From the NCBI GenBank assembly GCA_003231975.1, contig QIKW01000270.1, forward strand, positions 1 through 61,083: DNA of 61,083 bases. Direction: 5' to 3'. Made by a program: the position numbers and the translations under genes. The DNA comes from Acidimicrobiia bacterium. GTDB taxonomy: Bacteria > Actinomycetota > Acidimicrobiia > Acidimicrobiales > SZUA-35. Below, one piece after another: positions 1 to 8,457 of this stretch; the stretch's first letter is position 1, and the number at the start of each line of letters is the position of its first letter. The notes under the pieces are model-generated. The model worked only from the letters and a program-made list of their open reading frames with translations, did not search any database and had not been told where the DNA came from.

Positions 1-55
1 GTTGGGGCAGCCGTGGTTGGGGCAGCCGTGGTTGGGGCAGCCGTGGTTGGGGCAG
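1..55. repeat. 15-bp tandem repeat GTTGGGGCAGCCGTG, at least 3.6 copies, encoding (TAAPT)n in the kinase tail
   Basis: Directly visible at the window start. Confidence 0.95.
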
Positions 56-1673
56 GAGTAGAAGGCGCTGCTGGCGGGCGCGTTGTTGCCACCCGTCTTG
101 CGGTGGTTGGCGCCGCGGTGGCCTGAGGCGATGTTGTTGTTGATCCGCTTGACCCGCCGGGCGCGGCCACTGTAAACCGTGACGAGGCCCTGGTTTCGGT
201 CCCGTCGGCCGCAACCAGAACAATCGAGACGGTAAGCCGGCGACCGACCCAGGCAGGATCGGTTGGTTGAACTGTGAGCAAACTTGTGCCAGGCACGTTT
301 GCAAGTGCTGTTTCCTCAACCAGACCCGGCACGGCCCATCGACCCTCAACGGCTCCTTCAGCCAAAACAGAGCAAACCAAGGACCCTCCAACCTCAACCT
401 CGGCTGGGCACGTGATCTCCAACTGCGGCACTAAGACTGCCGCCACAGTTGTTGATTGTTGAGTGGACGTTTGGGTGACGCCCGCAACCGCGACGCTGGC
501 GTTGCTTTCGTCACCTAGCCCGCTAGCGAGGACCGCGTACGAAGCCCCGGCCAGAAGGATGGCTATCGCCACCAGAACCAGGTAACGACGGCCGCCCTTT
601 ACAGACTCTTCGGAGGCCTCTGAGGCAGGCTGCAAACCGGCGGTTCCCGCCTGACCCACCAGGCCGGCAACGGTCAACCCGCTGTCGAGCTGGGCTCCAT
701 CGGTTAAGCCCGCCAGCCCGGTAATCGTTACTCCGCTGTCACCCTTACCCTGGGCCGCTACAGCGCCAAGCCCGGCAACCGTCAGATCGCCGCCCTGGGT
801 TTCCCCACCTGTGATGCCACCCGGAGCCAAACCGGGCCCGGCAGGGACGTAGCCATCGAGGTTGGCCTCCATTGCTTCCTTCAACGCGGCAGCCAACTGG
901 GCGGCCGAGCCGTGTCGATCCTTGGGTTCTTTGGCCAGTGCCCGCTCAATTTCTGTTGCCAGCGCATCTGGAACGCCGCCTGGGCGGAGGTCGGGCGGCG
1001 GCTCGAAGAGGATGCGCCGAAGCATCGCTGCTGCCGATTCGTCGTCTGGTTTGAGAAACGGCGGGATACCCGATATCAGGTTGTGCAAGGTTGAGCCAAG
1101 AGCGTAAACGTCCATGGCAACGGTACCCGGCTTGCCGTCAAGCAACTCGGGTGGGGCATGCGCCAAGCTGGCCGACGCTCCCTTCGTGGTGGTAGCCCCG
1201 CTCATCACCGTGGCGATTCCAAAGTCGGTAAGCTTTGGGTTGTCGAACTGATCAATCAGAATGTTGTCTGGCTTGATGTCTCGGTGGAGGATTCCTGCCT
1301 GGTGGGCGGCTTCAACACCAGCTGCTATCTGGCACACCAGCGAGACGGCGTCTGGCCAGGCAAGCGGCCCGTTCTTGTCAAGTCGCTCGCGCAACGAGCC
1401 ACCAGGCGCGAACTCCATGACCAGGTACGCCTGTCCGTCGTTGGTGTAGCCAGAGCCGTAGACCGGAACCACGTTTGGGTGGGCACCCAACTTGCCCATT
1501 GCTTTACGTTCGCGCTCGAACCGCTTACGTTCCTCTGGCCCAAGGTGCCCATCCAGGACCTTTACCGCAACGTCTCGTCCGTGCTCTTCGTCTGCGGCTC
1601 GATAAACCGACCCGAACCCGCCTCGTCCCACCAGTTCAGCATTACCGAATCCAGCTATTTCGCGCTCTGTCAT
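1..1673 (-). CDS. Hanks-type transmembrane Ser/Thr protein kinase, running off the left edge (not in the ORF track)
   Basis: ATG at 1673 with GAGGGGG upstream. Reads MTEREIAGFGNAELVGRGGFGSVY..VAVKVL..HRDIKPDNIL..DFGIA..SLAHAPPE, then a TM helix (RRRYLVLVAIAILLAG), an extracellular region and a Pro/Thr-rich tail. Confidence 0.95.
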   Translation of the reverse strand, partial: MTEREIAGFGNAELVGRGGFGSVYRAADEEHGRDVAVKVLDGHLGPEERKRFERERKAMGKLGAHPNVVPVYGSGYTNDGQAYLVMEFAPGGSLRERLDKNGPLAWPDAVSLVCQIAAGVEAAHQAGILHRDIKPDNILIDQFDNPKLTDFGIATVMSGATTTKGASASLAHAPPELLDGKPGTVAMDVYALGSTLHNLISGIPPFLKPDDESAAAMLRRILFEPPPDLRPGGVPDALATEIERALAKEPKDRHGSAAQLAAALKEAMEANLDGYVPAGPGLAPGGITGGETQGGDLTVAGLGAVAAQGKGDSGVTITGLAGLTDGAQLDSGLTVAGLVGQAGTAGLQPASEASEESVKGGRRYLVLVAIAILLAGASYAVLASGLGDESNASVAVAGVTQTSTQQSTTVAAVLVPQLEITCPAEVEVGGSLVCSVLAEGAVEGRWAVPGLVEETALANVPGTSLLTVQPTDPAWVGRRLTVSIVLVAADGTETRASSRFTVAAPGGSSGSTTTSPQATAAPTTARRVATTRPPAAPSTPAPTTAAPTTAAPTTAAP

Positions 1674-1833
1674 GAGACCCCCCTCATTCTTGGTCTCAAT
1701 CGGCGTTTAGGCCACGCTCCAACGCCTAGCCGATTGTGATTTGTCTTGATTGTAGTCAGAACAACCATGGCTGGCGGTTCCAGCGATCTTGTTTGATGTG
1801 GGCCAACTGTAATGCCAGGTAGTCGCGGCGGCA

Positions 1834-1920
1834 TGGGGGAGCTCCCCAGGTGCCCGGGTTTCCGGTAGGGGTTGGATTGGCTTTCCCTAGCAAAGGCGTT
1901 GTGCTGTGGGGGACCTCCCC
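1834..1920. promoter_or_regulatory. Pair of TGGGGGA(G/C)CTCCCC quasi-palindromic boxes, candidate regulator sites
   Basis: 1834-1847 and 1907-1920 are 13/14 identical and 73 bp apart, in the divergent kinase/small-gene intergenic region. Confidence 0.45.
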
Positions 1921-1983
1921 GATGACCGAGAGCGGCTGCGGTTCCTATTCTGACCCCACCAACCAGAACGAATGGGGAGAGTC

Positions 1984-2277
1984 ATGGCACGCAACGGAGG
2001 AAGACGAACCGGGGAAATCTTTGCTCAGATCGATGAGCTGCATCAGGTGCTCGACGGTCAAGTGGTGGTCTCCCAAAGTCGCTGGGTCGATCACCTTCTT
2101 GACCTTCTGAATCTCGTCGAGCTTCCGTCTCTGCGTAGGGTGGTCGAGGGCAGCCTTTCTTCGATCAGAAACCTCGGCTCCGTTGAGTCAAGATGGATGA
2201 GCAACGAGCTGAAGATGCTGGCATCTGCAATAGAGATCGAAGCCGCCTTCGACGCCGTCGCAGCCCCACTGGGCTGA
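1984..2277 (+). CDS. Hypothetical small helical protein (97 aa)
   Basis: ATG at 1984 after GGGGAGAG; fills the intergenic gap; no recognisable motif. Confidence 0.7.
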   Translation: MARNGGRRTGEIFAQIDELHQVLDGQVVVSQSRWVDHLLDLLNLVELPSLRRVVEGSLSSIRNLGSVESRWMSNELKMLASAIEIEAAFDAVAAPLG

Positions 2278-2561
2278 TGCCTTCGCTGCTTGGAACCCGC
2301 CGCCTGGAGCAGTTCGACCAGCCCTGATTCAGCAACGGCAATGACCGGATTCTATGACCGAAGGCAACTGAATAGAGGCTTTAGTCACTACCGGGGCTGC
2401 CGGTGACACCTTTCACCAAGCCGCACGACAACACCCCCAACATGTAGATTAGATGTACACCGCTTGCCCATCATCTGAAACGATGGATTCGATCGATTCT
2501 CGTTTGGTCGCAGTTCTGTTTGATCAGGTCCCCGTGGGCAGCGTATCGAAAGGACGAAGTT

Positions 2562-3224
2562 GTGACTTCAAGCCTTATCCGACGCCTGTCTGCACCGCTG
2601 CTCGGTGTTGTGTTGGTGGCAGCTGCGTGTGTTAGCGACGACCCCGATCCCAATGTGGCAACTGTCTCACCAGACTCCGACCTCGTGATGGTCATGGGAG
2701 AGTTCTGGTTTCTTCCCTCGGTGATTACCGTTACAGAAGGCACCACAATTCGGATCACTCTGGTGAACGAAGGGCTTGTAGACCACGAGTTCATGATCGG
2801 CCGAGACGTCAACCCGGGTGGGGGGTACGCCGAAGATCTGCTTGGTATGGCCCTGGTCAGTGCCGAAGGTTACGGGTTCGAAGCTATGCCTCCTCTTGAC
2901 GGAGGCGAGGGCGGCGGCATGGAAGGCATGGACGCCGAGGCCCCACACGACGAAGACGAGGGTGAAGACGCCGCTGAAGACGCCGAGGCCCCACACGACG
3001 AAGCCGAGGGTGAAGACGCCGAAGCCGCCCCACACGGTGAAGACGCCGGTGATGGCCTCGTTCTACACGGCTCGCAGATAACGGTTCGTCCAGGCGGGAA
3101 AGTCCAAATCGTTCTTGAGATCCCCACAGGCGTCACCGGAGAATGGAGCCTTGGCTGCTTCATCGAAGGCCACTTCGAAGCAGGAATGAAAGGCACCCTT
3201 TCCATCTCGGCCTCTAAGGCATAG
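2562..3224 (+). CDS. CopI-like cupredoxin lipoprotein with an acidic/His repeat insert
   Basis: GTG 2562 after AAGGA; lipobox VAAAC; type-1 Cu ligands HEFMIG and C-FIEG-H-FEAG-M. Confidence 0.85.
   Translation: MTSSLIRRLSAPLLGVVLVAAACVSDDPDPNVATVSPDSDLVMVMGEFWFLPSVITVTEGTTIRITLVNEGLVDHEFMIGRDVNPGGGYAEDLLGMALVSAEGYGFEAMPPLDGGEGGGMEGMDAEAPHDEDEGEDAAEDAEAPHDEAEGEDAEAAPHGEDAGDGLVLHGSQITVRPGGKVQIVLEIPTGVTGEWSLGCFIEGHFEAGMKGTLSISASKA
2931..3048. repeat. Imperfect 48-bp direct repeats encoding DAEAPHDE(D/A)EGED
   Basis: GACGCCGAGGCCCCACACGACGAAG at 2931 and 2979, plus a partial third copy. Confidence 0.9.
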
Positions 3225-3265
3225 CGACAGAGGGCCTAGGGCTCCGCCTCGGTTCCCCTTGGTTG

Positions 3266-4153
3266 TCAGATCGGGCTTCCTACCAAGGAATCCAGTGCAA
3301 CCAGAGCGAAGAGAATGGACAAGTAAGAGATTGAATCTCGGAAGAAACCCATTGCCCTTTGCTCTGTAAGCCGGAAGGATCCCACAACGAACCAGCCGCC
3401 GAGCACCGCGGTCGGTATCAGGTAGACCAGGCCAACTGCTGAGCCAAAACCCACACCAAGGGAGACGAGCGCCGTGGCAACCGTGTAAAGCTGCATTTGG
3501 CGGATCGTTGCAGCCACGCCGGCCACAACGGGCAGCATTGGTACAGCGGCGTTTCGATAGTCGTCTCGATAGCGAATAGCCAGAGCCCAGAAGTGGGGCG
3601 GAGTCCACAAACAAACCACCATGAACAGCATGACAGCCTCAAACGAGATCGTTCCGGTTACAGCAGCCCAGCCAACCAGAACCGGCCCGGCGCCTGCCGC
3701 TCCCCCAACCACGATGTTCTGCGGTGTGCGCCGCTTCAGCCAGAGCGTGTACACGAACACATAAAAGAGTAGCGAACCAGTGGTTAACCACGCAGCCAAT
3801 TGGCCTACAAGAACTGCCAGCCAAATGTGCCCGGCAAAACCAAGGCAAACACCAAAGACCACGGCATTCCGAACCGGGACGGCATTGGTGGCAAGCGGCC
3901 TATGGGCTGTGCGATCCATCACCTGATCGATGTCACGGTCATACACGTTGTTCAAAACATTTGCACCACCGGCCGAAAGTGTGCCCCCAATCACGGTGGC
4001 CGCAACCAACCATGTGGACGGCCAGCCACCAGCAGCCAGCATCATCACGGGCACGGTTGTGACGAGGAGCAACTCGATTATTCGAGGCTTGGTGAGCCGA
4101 ATGTAGGTGCCGACGACCGATCGCCTACCAACGACGGTTCGGGTATCGAGCAC
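3266..4153 (-). CDS. ctaB: Protoheme IX farnesyltransferase (heme o synthase)
   Basis: LTKPRIIELLL, NNVYDRDIDQVMDRTAHRP, YTLWLKRRTPQN, WTPPHFWALA. Start moved to GTG 4153, just after the upstream stop. Confidence 0.95.
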   Translation of the reverse strand: MLDTRTVVGRRSVVGTYIRLTKPRIIELLLVTTVPVMMLAAGGWPSTWLVAATVIGGTLSAGGANVLNNVYDRDIDQVMDRTAHRPLATNAVPVRNAVVFGVCLGFAGHIWLAVLVGQLAAWLTTGSLLFYVFVYTLWLKRRTPQNIVVGGAAGAGPVLVGWAAVTGTISFEAVMLFMVVCLWTPPHFWALAIRYRDDYRNAAVPMLPVVAGVAATIRQMQLYTVATALVSLGVGFGSAVGLVYLIPTAVLGGWFVVGSFRLTEQRAMGFFRDSISYLSILFALVALDSLVGSPI

Positions 4154-4158
4154 GGCGC

Positions 4159-4857
4159 TCAGGCCGCCAATACGAAGAGCTTGGTGTTCATTCCGGCATC
4201 CCAATGCGCTCCCCTGCCCTGGAAGCAACCAACCGCCCATTCACCAATTGCATCTTCGGGAACCGTAACGGTGAGGCGAGCAACTTCACCTGACCGACGC
4301 AACACCATGTAGCCCTCGTGAGGAGCCTCCTCACCGGCATCACCCATGGCACCCATCTCCTCATCGGTCATGTCCATGGCATCACCATCACCCATGTCCA
4401 TGCCCTCCATGGCCCCCATCTCCTCATCGGTCATGTCCATGGCATCACCATCACCCATGGCACCCATCTCCTCATCGGTCATGTCCATGGCATCACCATC
4501 ACCCATGTCCATGCCCTCCATGGCCCCCATGTTCATTCCTGCATTGGCGGGCACAACCGAAGGTGTCACATCTTCGAAAAAGTCGTGTTCAAAGCCGTCA
4601 GGAAAACCAGCCGGGGATTTCAGCAAGTTGCGGCCAATCATGAACTCATGCTCGTTGGCCCCACCGTTCACGATTACGAACGTGACGGTCTCGCCTGCGG
4701 TCACCTCGATGCGGTCTGCACCGAAGCTGAACTCATCCATGTTAATCACGATCTCGCCGTTGGCATCGGGGCTCAAAACGACGTCTTCCTCAGCCAGGCC
4801 ACAGCCAGCTGCAACAATTCCAATTGCGGCTAGCGAAAACAATGGGATTCGTTTCAT
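4159..4857 (-). CDS. CopI-like cupredoxin lipoprotein with a Met-rich repeat insert
   Basis: Lipobox AAGC; HEFMIG and C-FQGRGA-H-WDAG-M; lies inside the oxidase operon. Confidence 0.85.
   Translation of the reverse strand: MKRIPLFSLAAIGIVAAGCGLAEEDVVLSPDANGEIVINMDEFSFGADRIEVTAGETVTFVIVNGGANEHEFMIGRNLLKSPAGFPDGFEHDFFEDVTPSVVPANAGMNMGAMEGMDMGDGDAMDMTDEEMGAMGDGDAMDMTDEEMGAMEGMDMGDGDAMDMTDEEMGAMGDAGEEAPHEGYMVLRRSGEVARLTVTVPEDAIGEWAVGCFQGRGAHWDAGMNTKLFVLAA
4345..4536. repeat. Tandem repeats encoding (MGAM[EGMDM]GDGDAMDMTDEE)x3
   Basis: CCCATCTCCTCATCGGTCATGTCCATGGCATCACCATCACCCATG occurs three times; 19 Met in about 64 codons. Confidence 0.95.
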
Positions 4858-4902
4858 TTTGGATTCCTCGCTTTTGGAACAGTAAAACCCTAGCTGACCT
4901 GT

Positions 4903-5466
4903 CTAGATCAGATAGAGCACGGGGTAGAAGAACACCCAGACAATGTCAACGAAATGCCAGTACTTGACCCCTGCTTCAACCGGCCAAGAATCGTCGGCGT
5001 ACCGGCCCGCCTTGGCATTTCGAATCAGCACCGTAAGAAAGATCAGGCCGGTGATCACGTGGAAGGCATGAATCCCAGTCATCGTGAAGAACACCGTGCC
5101 AAACGCTGTCCCTGGAGGAAACTCCATGAACGCCTCATACCACTCAAAGGCCACGCCACCCAGAAAGATCGTGCCGAGAATCAATGTCGCCCAGAGGTAT
5201 TGCACCATTGCAGCCTGGTCGCCTTTGTGGGCTGCGTGTTCGGCTCTGAAAGCCGTGTAGCTGGAAGCCAGGAGAATGACAGTGATCACCAGGCCGATCG
5301 ACTGAGAGACAGCCTCGTCAACCTCGGTTCCCAACAAACTGAACCGGATGGCAATCAACCCAGCGAACAACATCGCCTCGGACAAGAAGAACAGCCACAG
5401 CCCGATGCGATTGATCTTGATTCGAGAAACGCCGTGCTCTAGGGGAGGGGCATCGGTAACGGTCAT
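4903..5466 (-). CDS. ctaE: Heme-copper oxidase subunit III
   Basis: GLWLFFLSEAMLF, FFTMTGIHAFHV, YWHFVDIVW; ATG 5466 overlaps the upstream TGA. Confidence 0.95.
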   Translation of the reverse strand: MTVTDAPPLEHGVSRIKINRIGLWLFFLSEAMLFAGLIAIRFSLLGTEVDEAVSQSIGLVITVILLASSYTAFRAEHAAHKGDQAAMVQYLWATLILGTIFLGGVAFEWYEAFMEFPPGTAFGTVFFTMTGIHAFHVITGLIFLTVLIRNAKAGRYADDSWPVEAGVKYWHFVDIVWVFFYPVLYLI

Positions 5467-5651
5467 GAGTGTTCGTTCCCAAAGATGTTTCTCAAGTGCA
5501 TAAACGCAACCAAGATGATCGCCGCCTTCGCAATGGAGATGATGAGGAGCCAAAAGAAGGCTCCGGCCACCGCTTCGGCGCTCACAAAGTACTCAATAAC
5601 TGTCAAGACACTAAGCACCACAATTGCTGTAAACCCTGGTGATTCTCTCAT
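5463..5651 (-). CDS. Heme-copper oxidase subunit IV (caa3/CyoD-like small subunit)
   Basis: 62 aa, 2 TM helices, LTVIEY..AKAAIILVAFMHLR; translationally coupled on both sides. Confidence 0.85.
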   Translation of the reverse strand: MRESPGFTAIVVLSVLTVIEYFVSAEAVAGAFFWLLIISIAKAAIILVAFMHLRNIFGNEHS

Positions 5652-7486
5652 GCCTCCACCGTTTCTTGGATCTTTGGCAGCGTTCCGATGCCAAGGTCGG
5701 CATGGTCAGAGTCTGGCTCTCCATAGCCGTAAGGATCGGCCAGGATGATCGGGGGGACCTCAAAATTCTCATGCGGCGGTGGCGAAGGGACCTGCCATTC
5801 CAACGTACGAGCGCCCCACGGGTTGGCCGGAGCCTTCGCCCCCTTGATCCAGCTGTAAATGAAGTTGTAGAGGAACACAACGAAGCTCGTGCCCAGAAAG
5901 AACCCGGCCATCGAGATAACACGATTGGTGCCGACCAAATCCGGGGTGTAGTCAGCAACCCTGCGGTTCATCCCCTGGAGGCCAACGATGAACATCGGCA
6001 GGAACGTAACGTTGAACCCCACCATCATCCACCAGAAGTGAATCTTGCCGAGCCGATCGTTCATCATCCGGCCGGTCATCTTTGGGAACCAATAGTAGAT
6101 AGCTGCAAAGAGCCCGAAGATCCCCCCGCCGAGGACCACGTAATGGAGATGGGCAACAACGAAGTAGGTGTCTTGAAGCTGGATGTCGACCGGAACATCG
6201 GCCAGGAATACCCCTGTGATCCCTCCGATCAGGAAGTTGAAGAGCACAGCTAATGCGAACAACATTGGCAGTTCTAACCGGATCTTTCCAAGCCAAAGAG
6301 TTCCTACCGCAGACAAAAAGATCATTCCAGTCGGGATCGAGATCAACTCTGTGCTGGCCAGGAACGGCTTGCGAAGGGCCTCGGCCATGCCACTGGTGAA
6401 CATGTGGTGGGCCCAAACAAACATGCTCATGCCCATTATCCCAAGCAGCCCGCCAACCGCCCACTTGTATCCAAACAGCGGCTTCCGAGAGAAGTGCGAG
6501 ATGATCTCAAGGGTGATTCCGAAGGCTGGCAGGATCATGATGTAGACCGCGGGGTGCGAATAGAACCAGAAGATGTGCTGATACAGCAAGGGGTCCCCGC
6601 CCGAGGCCGGATCGAAGAACACCATTCCCGCCGTTCGGTCAAGCACCACCATAAGCATCGCAAGGGCAATGAACTGAGTGAAGATCAGCGACAGAATCGA
6701 GGTGACAAAGATGGACCAGACAAAGATGGGGAGCCTCATCCAGTTCATGCCCTTTGCCCTCATCGTCACCACGGTCACAATGATGTTGAGGGCGCCAATT
6801 ATTGACGACAACCCCAGGGTGAAGAACGCCAGGTTGAAGAACAGGCCGCCAACGTCACTTTCAACAGACAGCGGGGCGTATCCCGTCCAGCCCGTGTCGT
6901 AGCCGCCTGATACAAAGGAAACGGTCAGCGCAATAAGGACTGGGGGAATCAACCAGAACGAGAGGGCATTCAGCCTGGGGAAGGCCATGTCGTCAGCCCC
7001 GATCATGATCGGTACGACGAAGTTGCCAAAGGCACCAACGGTTGCTGCAACGGCGACGAACACCATCATCGTGCCGTGGAGGCTCATTATCGCGTTGTAT
7101 CGACCTGAGTCCAGCAGAGCTTCGCCGTTGTCCATCAGCTCATAGCGCATCAGCATTGCGAACAGCCCTGCCATGAAGAACATGGTGAGGAATTTGACCA
7201 GATACTGAATACCGATCACCTTGTGGTCGGTGTCGAAGTCAAGGTAGCGGCGCCAACCAGTAGTGGTGTAGGGCACCAGCTCCAGCCCAAACCATTCCCT
7301 AGCCCAGTATCGCCACACACCAACGGCCAACAACCAGCCGATGAGGGCGAACATCCAGGCTCCGGCCGAAACCGACTCAACCTCCCAAGCTCTTGCTCCG
7401 GTGGCCACACGAATGGTCATCAACAAGGCAGCGCCCAATATGTAACCGACTGCCCCGCCGATCAAACCGCGAACGATGTTCATCAA
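5648..7486 (-). CDS. ctaD: Heme-copper oxygen reductase subunit I, A2-type, with a 2-TM N-terminal extension
   Basis: TDHKVIG, SLHG, DMAFPRLN, WFYSHPAVY, WAHHMF, VVAHLHY, GMNRR. Confidence 0.97.
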   Translation of the reverse strand: MMNIVRGLIGGAVGYILGAALLMTIRVATGARAWEVESVSAGAWMFALIGWLLAVGVWRYWAREWFGLELVPYTTTGWRRYLDFDTDHKVIGIQYLVKFLTMFFMAGLFAMLMRYELMDNGEALLDSGRYNAIMSLHGTMMVFVAVAATVGAFGNFVVPIMIGADDMAFPRLNALSFWLIPPVLIALTVSFVSGGYDTGWTGYAPLSVESDVGGLFFNLAFFTLGLSSIIGALNIIVTVVTMRAKGMNWMRLPIFVWSIFVTSILSLIFTQFIALAMLMVVLDRTAGMVFFDPASGGDPLLYQHIFWFYSHPAVYIMILPAFGITLEIISHFSRKPLFGYKWAVGGLLGIMGMSMFVWAHHMFTSGMAEALRKPFLASTELISIPTGMIFLSAVGTLWLGKIRLELPMLFALAVLFNFLIGGITGVFLADVPVDIQLQDTYFVVAHLHYVVLGGGIFGLFAAIYYWFPKMTGRMMNDRLGKIHFWWMMVGFNVTFLPMFIVGLQGMNRRVADYTPDLVGTNRVISMAGFFLGTSFVVFLYNFIYSWIKGAKAPANPWGARTLEWQVPSPPPHENFEVPPIILADPYGYGEPDSDHADLGIGTLPKIQETVEA

Positions 7487-7535
7487 GCTCCCTTTTCATT
7501 CGACATGGTCATCGACACCGTGATCTGTTTCACTT

Positions 7536-8285
7536 CTATCCCGCGGAAGCCTCAAGCCAAGCGTCGAATTCTGCTTCGGTCACAACGCTTACACCCGTCC
7601 ACATTCGAGCGTGGCCAACCCCGCAGAGTTCGGCACACTGCACTCTCAGCTCGTCAGCACTTTCGAAGGTTCCGAGCTTCTCAGCGGTCACCATCGTTGT
7701 GGTAATTATGCCCGGAACTGCATCCATCTTGATCCGGAAGGCCGGGATCCAGAACGAGTGGATTACATCCGTTGAGGAGATTCGGAACATGATTCGGGTG
7801 TCGATGGGCACCATTAGGGTTCCGCGGGTCTGCACACCAGACTCGGCGTATGTGTACTCCCAACTCCAGCGCTCACCCTTCACGTCAATCACCAGATCGG
7901 GTTCGGGGTAGGCTCGCAGCTCGTCCAACCCGCTGAATCCAGGAGTAATGATTACAACGATCGACAAGATCGTCGTGACGGCCAACCAACCAACAACGAA
8001 TGTCCGATTGGTTCGGATCGGCGGACCGTCAACATCTTGGCCCCGATCCCGGTCTCGAAGCAGCGAATAGCCGATAACCACCAACACAAAGGTGGCAATC
8101 GGCACCGCCATGAGCATCAACAGGTCAAACGCCTCATCGGTGATCCGAGCTTCGCGTGATGCGCCGAACGGATGCCAGTCGTAGGCGGTAACCGCCCACC
8201 AACCAAGCACGGTGGCGATCAACCAGGCTACGCCAACAACAACGAGGCGGTTACGAGTGTTCGATTCTTGCTCTCCCCCTGACAC
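7536..8285 (-). CDS. ctaC: Heme-copper oxidase subunit II with a CuA centre and no fused cytochrome c
   Basis: DVIHSFWIP and CAELCGVGHARM. Start uncertain; GTG 8285 chosen. Confidence 0.93.
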   Translation of the reverse strand: MSGGEQESNTRNRLVVVGVAWLIATVLGWWAVTAYDWHPFGASREARITDEAFDLLMLMAVPIATFVLVVIGYSLLRDRDRGQDVDGPPIRTNRTFVVGWLAVTTILSIVVIITPGFSGLDELRAYPEPDLVIDVKGERWSWEYTYAESGVQTRGTLMVPIDTRIMFRISSTDVIHSFWIPAFRIKMDAVPGIITTTMVTAEKLGTFESADELRVQCAELCGVGHARMWTGVSVVTEAEFDAWLEASAG

Positions 8286-8297
8286 GATTCGGAAAGC

Positions 8298-8314
8298 TAC
8301 TACATCATGTAGCG
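8298..8314. promoter_or_regulatory. Putative BlaI-family operator 1, TACTAC-N5-GTAGCG
   Basis: Resembles the actinobacterial BlaI motif TAC[GT]AC-N5-GT[AC]GTA with 2 mismatches; just upstream of ctaC. Confidence 0.65.
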
Positions 8315-8370
8315 GTCGTCCAGCCTTCGACGAATATCTGGACATGAACCCCGAAATCAATGCTCTAGGT

Positions 8371-8387
8371 TTCTACCTTCAGTCGCA
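8371..8387. promoter_or_regulatory. Putative BlaI-family operator 2, TTCTAC-N5-GTCGCA
   Basis: Same motif with 2 mismatches, upstream of the blaR-like gene. Confidence 0.55.
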
Positions 8388-8457
8388 CCTAGTTTTCCAG
8401 CTCCGCCATTTGAGCTAAGGTCAACCAACTCTGGTCGGAGCCGATGGGGAGGTTGAC

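Noticed and set aside
5648..7486. Nitric oxide reductase
   Set aside because: It retains the helix VI cross-link Tyr, the D-pathway residues, CuA subunit II and subunit III of A-family O2 reductases.
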